A stretch of 64,000 bases of DNA from the human T2T-CHM13v2.0 reference genome, Homo sapiens. Below are positions 11,701-23,700 of the stretch, one piece after another (the first letter of the stretch is position 1; every line of letters starts with the position of its first letter). The translations under genes and the position numbers were made by a program. Below the pieces are notes generated by a model. It was not told the origin of the DNA and did not search any database. It saw nothing but the letters and a program-made list of their open reading frames with translations. The stretch lies in assembly GCF_009914755.1 (NCBI RefSeq), contig NC_060942.1. One strand, written 5' to 3'.

Positions 11701-14700
11701 GTTCTGAGAAACTGCTTTCTGATGTTTGCATTCAAGTCAAAAGTTGAACACTCCCTTTCATAGAGCAGTCCTGAAACACTCCTTTTGTAGTATCTGGAAC
11801 TGGACTTTTGGAGCGCTTTCAGGGCTAAGGTGAAAAAGGAAATATCTTCCCATAAAAACTGGACAGAAGCATTCTCAGAAACTTGTTTATGCTGTATCTA
11901 CTCAACTAACAAAGTTGAACCTTTCTTTTGATAGAGCAGTTTTGAAATGCTCTTTTTGTGGAATCTGCAAGTGGATATTTGGCTAGTTTTGAGGATTTCG
12001 TTGGAAGCGGGAATTCATAAAAATTGCAGACTGCAGCGTTCTGAGAAACATCTTTGTGATGTTTGTATTCAGGACACAGAGTTGAACATTCCCTATCATA
12101 GAGCAGGTTGGAATCACTCCTTTTGTAGTATCTGGAAGTGGACATTTGGAGCGCTTTCAGGCCTATGTTGAAAAAGGAAATATCTTCCCATAACAACTAG
12201 ACACAAGCATTCTCAGAAACTTGTTTGTGATGTGTGCCCTCTACTGACAGAGTTGAACCTTTCTTTTCATAGAGCAGTTTTGAAACACTCTTTTTGTAGA
12301 ATCTGCAAGAGGATATTTGCATAGCTTTGAGGATTTCGTGGGAAAAGGGACTGTCTTCAGGTAAAATCTAGACAGAAGCATTCTCAGAAACTTCTTTGGG
12401 ATATTTGCATTCAAGTCACAGAGTAGAACATTCCCTTTGGTAGAGCAGGTTTGAAACACTCTTTTTGTAGTATCTGGAAGTGGACATTTGGAGCGCTTTC
12501 AGGCCTATGTTGGAAAGGGAAATATCTTCCCGTAACAACTAGGCAGAAGCATTCTCAGAAACTTATTTGAGATGTGTGTACTCAACTAAGAGAATTGAAC
12601 CACCGTTTTGAAGGAGCAGTTTTGAAACACTCTTTTTCTGGAATCTGCAAGAGGATATTTGCCTAGCCTTGAGGATTTCGTTGGAAACGGGATTGTCTTC
12701 AGATCAAATCTAGACAGAAGCATTCTCAGAAACTTCTTTGGGATGTTTGCATTCAAGTCACAGAGTAGAACATTCCCTTTGGTAGAGCAGGTTTGAAACA
12801 CTCTTTTTTTAGTATATGGAAGTGGACATTTGGAGCGCTTTCAGGCCTACGTTGGAAAAGGAAATATCTTCCCATAACAACTAGACAGAAGCATTCTCAG
12901 AAACTAGTTTCTGAGGTGTGTCCTCAACTAACACAGTTGAACATTTCTTTAGACAGAACAGTTTTGAAACACTCTTTTTGTGGAATCTGCAAGTGGCTAT
13001 TTGGCTAGATTTGAGGATTTCGTTGGAAACGGGATTACATATAAAAAGCAGACAGCAGCATTCTCAGAAAGTTCTTTGTGATGATTGCATTCAAGTCACA
13101 GAATTGAACATTCCCTTTCACAGAGCAGGTTTGAAACACTCTTTTTGTAGTGTGTGTAAGTGGACATTTGAAGCACTTTCCGGCCTAAGGTGAAAAAGGA
13201 AATATCTTCCCATAAAAACTAGACAGAAGCATTCTCAGAAACTTACTCGTGATGTGTGTCCTCAACTAAAGGAGTAGAACCTTTCTTTTCATAGAGAAGT
13301 TTTGAAACGCTCTTTTTGTGGAATCTGCAAGTGGATATTTGGCTAGTTTTGAGGATTTCGTTGGAAGCGGGAATTCATACAAATTGCAGACTGCAGCGTT
13401 CTGAGAAACATCTTTGTGATGTTTGTATTCAGGACACAGAGTTGAACATTCCCTATCATAGAGCAGGTTTGAATCACTCCTTTTGTAGTATCTGGAAGTG
13501 GACATTTGGAGCGCTTTCAGGCCTATGTTGGAAAAGGAAATATCTTCCCATAACAACTAGACAGAAGCATTCTCAGAAACTTATTTGAGATGTGTGTACT
13601 CAACTAAGAGAATTGAACCACCGTTTTGAAGGAGCAGTTTTGAAACACTCTTTTTCTGGAATCTGCAAGTGGATATTTGGCTAGCTTTGGGGATTTCGCT
13701 GGAAGCGGGAATACATATAAAAAGCACACAGCAGCGTTCTGAGAAACTGCTTTCTGATGTTTGCATTCAAGTCAAAAGTTGAACACTCCCTTTCATAGAG
13801 CAGTCTTGAAACACCCCTTTTGTAGTTTCTGGAACTGGACTTTTGGAGCGCTTTCAGGGCTAAGGTGAAAAAGGAAATATCTTCCCATAAAAACTGGACA
13901 GAAGCATTCTCAGAAACTTGTTTATGCTGTATCTACTCAACTAACAAAGTTGAACCTTTCTTTTGATAGAGCAGTTTTGAAATGCTCTTTTTGTGGAATC
14001 TGCAAGTGGATATTTGGCTAGTTTTGAGGATTTCGTTGGAAGCGGGAATTCATACAAATTGCAGACCTCAGCGTTCTGAGAAACATCTTTGTGATGTTTG
14101 TATTCAGGACAGAGAGTTGAACATTCCCTATCATAGAGCAGGTTGGAATCACTCCTTTTGTAGTATCTGGAAGTGGACATTTGGAGCGCTTTCAGGCCTA
14201 TGTTGAAAAAGGAAATATCTTCCCATAACAACTAGACACAAGCATTCTCAGAAACTTGTTTGTGATGTGTGCCCTCTACTGACAGAGTTGAACCTTTCTT
14301 TTCATAGAGCAGTTTTGAAACACTCTTTTTGTAGAATCTGCAAGAGGATATTTGCATAGCTTTGAGGATTTCGTGGGAAACGGGACTGTCTTCAGGTAAA
14401 ATCTAGACAGAAGCATTCTCAGAAACTTCTTTGGGATATTTGCATTCAAGTCACAGAGTAGAACATTCCCTTTGGTAGAGCAGGTTTGAAACACTCTTTT
14501 TGTAGTATCTGGAAGTGGACATTTGGAGCGCTTTCAGGCCTATGTTGGAAAGGGAAATATCTTCCCGTAACAACTAGGCAGAAGCATTCTCAGAAACTTA
14601 TTTGAGATGTGTGTACTCAACTAAGAGAATTGAACCACCGTTTTGAAGGAGCAGTTTTGAAACACTCTTTTTCTGGAATCTGCAAGAGGATATTTGCCTA

Positions 14701-17700
14701 GCCTTGAGGATTTCGTTGGAAACGGGATTGTCTTCAGATCAAATCTAGACAGAAGCATTCTCAGAAACTTCTTTGGGATGTTTGCATTCAAGTCACAGAG
14801 TAGAACATTCCCTTTGGTAGAGCAGGTTTGAAACACTCTTTTTTTAGTATATGGAAGTGGACATTTGGAGCGCTTTCAGGCCTACGTTGGAAAAGGAAAT
14901 ATCTTCCCATAACAACTAGACAGAAGCATTCTCAGAAACTAGTTTCTGAGGTGTGTCCTCAACTAACACAGTTGAACATTTCTTTAGACAGAACAGTTTT
15001 GAAACACTCTTTTTGTGGAATCTGCAAGTGGCTATTTGGCTAGATTTGAGGATTTCGTTGGAAACGGGATTACATATAAAAAGCAGACAGCAGCATTCTC
15101 AGAAAGTTCTTTGTGATGATTGCATTCAAGTCACAGAATTGAACATTCCCTTTCACAGAGCAGGTTTGAAACACTCTTTTTGTAGTGTGTGTAAGTGGAC
15201 ATTTGGAGCACTTTCCGGCCTAAGGTGAAAAAGGAAATATCTTCCCATAAAAACTAGACAGAAGCATTCTCAGAAACTTACTCGTGATGTGTGTCCTCAA
15301 CTAAAGGAGTAGAACCTTTCTTTTCATAGAGAAGTTTTGAAACGCTCTTTTTGTGGAATCTGCAAGTGGATATTTGGCTAGTTTTGAGGATTTCGTTGGA
15401 AGCGGGAATTCATACAAATTGCAGACTGCAGCGTTCTGAGAAACATCTTTGTGATGTTTGTATTCAGGACACAGAGTTGAACATTCCCTATCATAGAGCA
15501 GGTTTGAATCACTCCTTTTGTAGTATCTGGAAGTGGACATTTGGAGCGCTTTCAGGCCTATGTTGGAAAAGGAAATATCTTCCCATAACAACTAGACAGA
15601 AGCATTCTCAGAAACTTATTTGAGATGTGTGTACTCAACTAAGAGAATTGAACCACCGTTTTGAAGGAGCAGTTTTGAAACACTCTTTTTCTGGAATCTG
15701 CAAGTGGATATTTGGCTAGCTTTGGGGATTTCGCTGGAAGCGGGAATACATATAAAAAGCACACAGCAGCGTTCTGAGAAACTGCTTTCTGATGTTTGCA
15801 TTCAAGTCAAAAGTTGAACACTCCCTTTCATAGAGCAGTCTTGAAACACCCCTTTTGTAGTTTCTGGAACTGGACTTTTGGAGCGCTTTCAGGGCTAAGG
15901 TGAAAAAGGAAATATCTTCCCATAAAAACTGGACAGAAGCATTCTCAGAAACTTGTTTATGCTGTATCTACTCAACTAACAAAGTTGAACCTTTCTTTTG
16001 ATAGAGCAGTTTTGAAATGCTCTTTTTGTGGAATCTGCAAGTGGATATTTGGCTAGTTTTGAGGATTTCGTTGGAAGCGGGAATTCATACAAATTGCAGA
16101 CCTCAGCGTTCTGAGAAACATCTTTGTGATGTTTGTATTCAGGACAGAGAGTTGAACATTCCCTATCATAGAGCAGGTTGGAATCACTCCTTTTGTAGTA
16201 TCTGGAAGTGGACATTTGGAGCGCTTTCAGGCCTATGTTGAAAAAGGAAATATCTTCCCATAACAACTAGACACAAGCATTCTCAGAAACTTGTTTGTGA
16301 TGTGTGCCCTCTACTGACAGAGTTGAACCTTTCTTTTCATAGAGCAGTTTTGAAACACTCTTTTTGTAGAATCTGCAAGAGGATATTTGCATAGCTTTGA
16401 GGATTTCGTGGGAAACGGGATTGTCTTCAGGTAAAATCTAGACAGAAGCATTCTCAGAAACTTCTTTGGGATGTTTGCATTCAAGTCACAGAGCAGAACA
16501 TTCCCTTTGGTAGAGCAGGTTTGAAACACTCTTTTTGTAGTATCTGGAAGTGGACATTTGGAGCGCTTTCAGGCCTATGTTGGAAAGGGAAATATCTTCC
16601 CGTAACAACTAGGCAGAAGCATTCTCAGAAACTTATTTGAGATGTGTGTACTCAACTAAGAGAATTGAACCACCGTTTTGAAGGAGCAGTTTTGAAACAC
16701 TCTTTTTCTGGAATCTGCAAGAGGATATTTGCCTAGCCTTGAGGATTTCGTTGGAAACGGGATTGTCTTCAGATCAAATCTAGACAGAAGCATTCTCAGA
16801 AACTTCTTTGGGATGTTTGCATTCAAGTCACAGAGTAGAACATTCCCTTTGGTAGAGCAGGTTTGAAACACTCTTTTTTTAGTATATGGAAGTGGACATT
16901 TGGAGCGCTTTCAGGCCTACGTTGGAAAAGGAAATATCTTCCCATAACAACTAGACAGAAGCATTCTCAGAAACTAGTTTCTGATGTGTGTCCTCAACTA
17001 ACACAGTTGAACATTTCTTTAGACAGAACAGTTTTGAAACACTCTTTTTGTGGAATCTGCAAGTGGCTATTTGGCTAGATTTGAGGATTTCGTTGGAAAC
17101 GGGATTACATATAAAAAGCAGACAGCAGCATTCTCAGAAAGTTCTTTGTGATGATTGCATTCAAGTCACAGAATTGAACATTCCCTTTCACAGAGCAGGT
17201 TTGAAACACTCTTTTTGTAGTGTGTGTAAGTGGACATTTGGAGCACTTTCCGGCCTAAGGTGAAAAAGGAAATATCTTCCCATAAAAACTAGACAGAAGC
17301 ATTCTCAGAAACTTACTCGTGATGTGTGTCCTCAACTAAAGGAGTAGAACCTTTCTTTTCATAGAGAAGTTTTGAAACGCTCTTTTTGTGGAATCTGCAA
17401 GTGGATATTTGGCTAGTTTTGAGGATTTCGTTGGAAGCGGGAATTCATACAAATTGCAGACTGCAGCGTTCTGAGAAACATCTTTGTGATGTTTGTATTC
17501 AGGACACAGAGTTGAACATTCCCTATCATAGAGCAGGTTTGAATCACTCCTTTTGTAGTATCTGGAAGTGGACATTTGGAGCGCTTTCAGGCCTATGTTG
17601 GAAAAGGAAATATCTTCCCATAACAACTAGAGAGAAGCATTCTCAGAAACTTATTTGAGATGTGTGTACTCAACTAAGAGAATTGAACCACCGTTTTGAA

Positions 17701-20700
17701 GGAGCAGTTTTGAAACACTCTTTTTCTGGAATCTGCAAGTGGATATTTGGCTAGCTTTGGGGATTTCGCTGGAAGCGGGAATACATATAAAAAGCACACA
17801 GCAGCGTTCTGAGAAACTGCTTTCTGATGTTTGCATTCAAGTCAAAAGTTGAACACTCCCTTTCATAGAGCAGTCCTGAAACACCCCTTTTGTAGTATCT
17901 GGAACTGGACTTTTGGAGCGCTTTCAGGGCTAAGGTGAAAAAGGAAATATCTTCCCATAAAAACTGGACAGAAGCATTCTCAGAAACTTGTTTATGCTGT
18001 ATCTACTCAACTAACAAAGTTGAACCTTTCTTTTGATAGAGCAGTTTTGAAATGCTCTTTTTGTGGAATCTGCAAGTGGATATTTGGCTAGTTTTGAGGA
18101 TTTCGTTGGAAGCGGGAATTCATACAAATTGCAGACCTCAGCGTTCTGAGAAACATCTTTGTGATGTTTGTATTCAGGACAGAGAGTTGAACATTCCCTA
18201 TCATAGAGCAGGTTGGAATCACTCCTTTTGTAGTATCTGGAAGTGGACATTTGGAGCGCTTTCAGGCCTATGTTGAAAAAGGAAATATCTTCCCATAACA
18301 ACTAGACACAAGCATTCTCAGAAACTTGTTTGTGATGTGTGCCCTCTACTGACAGAGTTGAACCTTTCTTTTCATAGAGCAGTTTTGAAACACTCTTTTT
18401 GTAGAATCTGCAAGAGGATATTTGCATAGCTTTGAGGATTTCGTGGGAAACGGGATTGTCTTCAGGTAAAATCTAGACAGAAGCATTCTCAGAAACTTCT
18501 TTGGGATGTTTGCATTCAAGTCACAGAGCAGAACATTCCCTTTGGTAGAGCAGGTTTGAAACACTCTTTTTGTAGTATCTGGAAGTGGACATTTGGAGCG
18601 CTTTCACGCCTATGTTGGAAAGGGAAATATCTTCCCGTAACAACTAGGCAGAAGCATTCTCAGAAACTTATTTGAGATGTGTGTACTCAACTAAGAGAAT
18701 TGAACCACCGTTTTGAAGGAGCAGTTTTGAAACACTCTTTTTCTGGAATCTGCAAGAGGATATTTGCCTAGCCTTGAGGATTTCGTTGGAAACGGGATTG
18801 TCTTCAGATCAAATCTAGACAGAAGCATTCTCAGAAACTTCTTTGGGATGTTTGCATTCATGTCACAGAGTAGAACATTCCCTTTGGTAGAGCAGGTTTG
18901 AAACACTCTTTTTTAAGTATATGGAAGTGGACATTTGGAGCGCTTTCAGGCCTACGTTGGAAAAGGAAATATCTTCCCATAACAACTAGACAGAAGCATT
19001 CTCAGAAACTAGTTTCTGATGTGTGTCCTCAACTAACACAGTTGAACATTTCTTTAGACAGAACAGTTTTGAAACACTCTTTTTGTGGAATCTGCAAGTG
19101 GCTATTTGGCTAGATTTGAGGATTTCGTTGGAAACGGGATTACATATAAAAAGCAGACAGCAGCATTCTCAGAAAGTTCTTTGTGATGATTGCATTCAAG
19201 TCACAGAATTGAACATTCCCTTTCACAGAGCAGGTTTGAAACACTCTTTTTGTAGTGTGTGTAAGTGGACATTTGGAGCACTTTCCGGCCTAAGGTGAAA
19301 AAGGAAATATCTTCCCATAAAAACTAGACAGAAGCATTCTCAGAAACTTACTCGTGATGTGTGTCCTCAACTAAAGGAGTAGAACCTTTCTTTTCATAGA
19401 GAAGTTTTGAAACGCTCTTTTTGTGGAATCTGCAAGTGGATATTTGGCTAGTTTTGAGGATTTCGTTGGAAGCGGGAATTCATACAAATTGCAGACTGCA
19501 GCGTTCTGAGAAACATCTTTGTGATGTTTGTATTCAGGACACAGAGTTGAACATTCCCTATCATAGAGCAGGTTTGAATCACTCCTTTTGTAGTATCTGG
19601 AAGTGGACATTTGGAGCGCTTTCAGGCCTATGTTGGAAAAGGAAATATCTTCCCATAACAACTAGACAGAAGCATTCTCAGAAACTTATTTGAGATGTGT
19701 GTACTCAACTAAGAGAATTGAACCACCGTTTTGAAGGAGCAGTTTTGAAACACTCTTTTTCTGGAATCTGCAAGTGGATATTTGGCTAGCTTTGGGGATT
19801 TCGCTGGAAGCGGGAATACATATAAAAAGCACACAGCAGCGTTCTGAGAAACTGCTTTCTGATGTTTGCATTCAAGTCAAAAGTTGAACACTCCCTTTCA
19901 TAGAGCAGTCCTGAAACACCCCTTTTGTAGTATCTGGAACTGGACTTTTGGAGCGCTTTCAGGGCTAAGGTGAAAAAGGAAATATCTTCCCATAAAAACT
20001 GGACAGAAGCATTCTCAGAAACTTGTTTATGCTGTATCTACTCAACTAACAAAGTTGAACCTTTCTTTTGATAGAGCAGTTTTGAAATGCTCTTTTTGTG
20101 GAATCTGCAAGTGGATATTTGGCTAGTTTTGAGGATTTCGTTGGAAGCGGGAATTCATACAAATTGCAGACCTCAGCGTTCTGAGAAACATCTTTGTGAT
20201 GTTTGTATTCAGGACAGAGAGTTGAACATTCCCTATCATAGAGCAGGTTGGAATCACTCCTTTTGTAGTATCTGGAAGTGGACATTTGGAGCGCTTTCAG
20301 GCCTATGTTGAAAAAGGAAATATCTTCCCATAACAACTAGACACAAGCATTCTCAGAAACTTGTTTGTGATGTGTGCCCTCTACTGACAGAGTTGAACCT
20401 TTCTTTTCATAGAGCAGTTTTGAAACACTCTTTTTGTAGAATCTGCAAGAGGATATTTGCATAGCTTTGAGGATTTCGTGGGAAACGGGATTGTCTTCAG
20501 GTAAAATCTAGACAGAAGCATTCTCAGAAACTTCTTTGGGATGTTTGCATTCAAGTCACAGAGCAGAACATTCCCTTTGGTAGAGCAGGTTTGAAACACT
20601 CTTTTTGTAGTATCTGGAAGTGGACATTTGGAGCGCTTTCAGGCCTATGTTGGAAAGGGAAATATCTTCCCGTAACAACTAGGCAGAAGCATTCTCAGAA

Positions 20701-23700
20701 ACTTATTTGAGATGTGTGTACTCAACTAAGAGAATTGAACCACCGTTTTGAAGGAGCAGTTTTGAAACACTCTTTTTCTGGAATCTGCAAGAGGATATTT
20801 GCCTAGCCTTGAGGATTTCGTTGGAAACGGGATTGTCTTCAGATCAAATCTAGACAGAAGCATTCTCAGAAACTTCTTTGGGATGTTTGCATTCATGTCA
20901 CAGAGTAGAACATTCCCTTTGGTAGAGCAGGTTTGAAACACTCTTTTTTAAGTATATGGAAGTGGACATTTGGAGCGCTTTCAGGCCTACGTTGGAAAAG
21001 GAAATATCTTCCCATAACAACTAGACAGAAGCATTCTCAGAAACTAGTTTCTGATGTGTGTCCTCAACTAACACAGTTGAACATTTCTTTAGACAGAACA
21101 GTTTTGAAACACTCTTTTTGTGGAATCTGCAAGTGGCTATTTGGCTAGATTTGAGGATTTCGTTGGAAACGGGATTACATATAAAAAGCAGACAGCAGCA
21201 TTCTCAGAAAGTTCTTTGTGATGATTGCATTCAAGTCACAGAATTGAACATTCCCTTTCACAGAGCAGGTTTGAAACACTCTTTTTGTAGTGTGTGTAAG
21301 TGGACATTTGGAGCACTTTCCGGCCTAAGGTGAAAAAGGAAATATCTTCCCATAAAAACTAGACAGAAGCATTCTCAGAAACTTACTCGTGATGTGTGTC
21401 CTCAACTAAAGGAGTAGAACCTTTCTTTTCATAGAGAAGTTTTGAAACGCTCTTTTTGTGGAATCTGCAAGTGGATATTTGGCTAGTTTTGAGGATTTCG
21501 TTGGAAGCGGGAATTCATACAAATTGCAGACTGCAGCGTTCTGAGAAACATCTTTGTGATGTTTGTATTCAGGACACAGAGTTGAACATTCCCTATCATA
21601 GAGCAGGTTTGAATCACTCCTTTTGTAGTATCTGGAAGTGGACATTTGGAGCGCTTTCAGGCCTATGTTGGAAAAGGAAATATCTTCCCATAACAACTAG
21701 ACAGAAGCATTCTCAGAAACTTATTTGAGATGTGTGTACTCAACTAAGAGAATTGAACCACCGTTTTGAAGGAGCAGTTTTGAAACACTCTTTTTCTGGA
21801 ATCTGCAAGTGGATATTTGGCTAGCTTTGGGGATTTCGCTGGAAGCGGGAATACATATAAAAAGCACACAGCAGCGTTCTGAGAAACTGCTTTCTGATGT
21901 TTGCATTCAAGTCAAAAGTTGAACACTCCCTTTCATAGAGCAGTCCTGAAACACTCCTTTTGTAGTATCTGGAACTGGACTTTTGGAGCGCTTTCAGGGC
22001 TAAGGTGAAAAAGGAAATATCTTCCCATAAAAACTGGACAGAAGCATTCTCAGAAACTTGTTTATGCTGTATCTACTCAACTAACAAAGTTGAACCTTTC
22101 TTTTGATAGAGCAGTTTTGAAATGCTCTTTTTGTGGAATCTGCAAGTGGATATTTGGCTAGTTTTGAGGATTTCGTTGGAAGCGGGAATTCATAAAAATT
22201 GCAGACTGCAGCGTTCTGAGAAACATCTTTGTGATGTTTGTATTCAGGACACAGAGTTGAACATTCCCTATCATAGAGCAGGTTGGAATCACTCCTTTTG
22301 TAGTATCTGGAAGTGGACATTTGGAGCGCTTTCAGGCCTATGTTGAAAAAGGAAATATCTTCCCATAACAACTAGACACAAGCATTCTCAGAAACTTGTT
22401 TGTGATGTGTGCCCTCTACTGACAGAGTTGAACCTTTCTTTTCATAGAGCAGTTTTGAAACACTCTTTTTGTAGAATCTGCAAGAGGATATTTGCATAGC
22501 TTTGAGGATTTCGTGGGAAACGGGATTGTCTTCAGGTAAAATCTAGACAGAAGCATTCTCAGAAACTTCTTTGGGATGTTTGCATTCAAGTCACAGAGCA
22601 GAACATTCCCTTTGGTAGAGCAGGTTTGAAACACTCTTTTTGTAGTATCTGGAAGTGGACATTTGGAGCGCTTTCAGGCCTATGTTGGAAAGGGAAATAT
22701 CTTCCCGTAACAACTAGGCAGAAGCATTCTCAGAAACTTATTTGAGATGTGTGTACTCAACTAAGAGAATTGAACCACCGTTTTGAAGGAGCAGTTTTGA
22801 AACACTCTTTTTCTGGAATCTGCAAGAGGATATTTGCCTAGCCTTGAGGATTTCGTTGGAAACGGGATTGTCTTCAGATCAAATCTAGACAGAAGCATTC
22901 TCAGAAACTTCTTTGGGATGTTTGCATTCATGTCACAGAGTAGAACATTCCCTTTGGTAGAGCAGGTTTGAAACACTCTTTTTTAAGTATATGGAAGTGG
23001 ACATTTGGAGCGCTTTCAGGCCTACGTTGGAAAAGGAAATATCTTCCCATAACAACTAGACAGAAGCATTCTCAGAAACTAGTTTCTGATGTGTGTCCTC
23101 AACTAACACAGTTGAACATTTCTTTAGACAGAACAGTTTTGAAACACTCTTTTTGTGGAATCTGCAAGTGGCTATTTGGCTAGATTTGAGGATTTCGTTG
23201 GAAACGGGATTACATATAAAAAGCAGACAGCAGCATTCTCAGAAAGTTCTTTGTGATGATTGCATTCAAGTCACAGAATTGAACATTCCCTTTCACAGAG
23301 CAGGTTTGAAACACTCTTTTTGTAGTGTGTGTAAGTGGACATTTGGAGCACTTTCCGGCCTAAGGTGAAAAAGGAAATATCTTCCCATAAAAACTAGACA
23401 GAAGCATTCTCAGAAACTTACTCGTGATGTGTGTCCTCAACTAAAGGAGTAGAACCTTTCTTTTCATAGAGAAGTTTTGAAACGCTCTTTTTGTGGAATC
23501 TGCAAGTGGATATTTGGCTAGTTTTGAGGATTTCGTTGGAAGCGGGAATTCATACAAATTGCAGACTGCAGCGTTCTGAGAAACATCTTTGTGATGTTTG
23601 TATTCAGGACACAGAGTTGAACATTCCCTATCATAGAGCAGGTTTGAATCACTCCTTTTGTAGTATCTGGAAGTGGACATTTGGAGCGCTTTCAGGCCTA

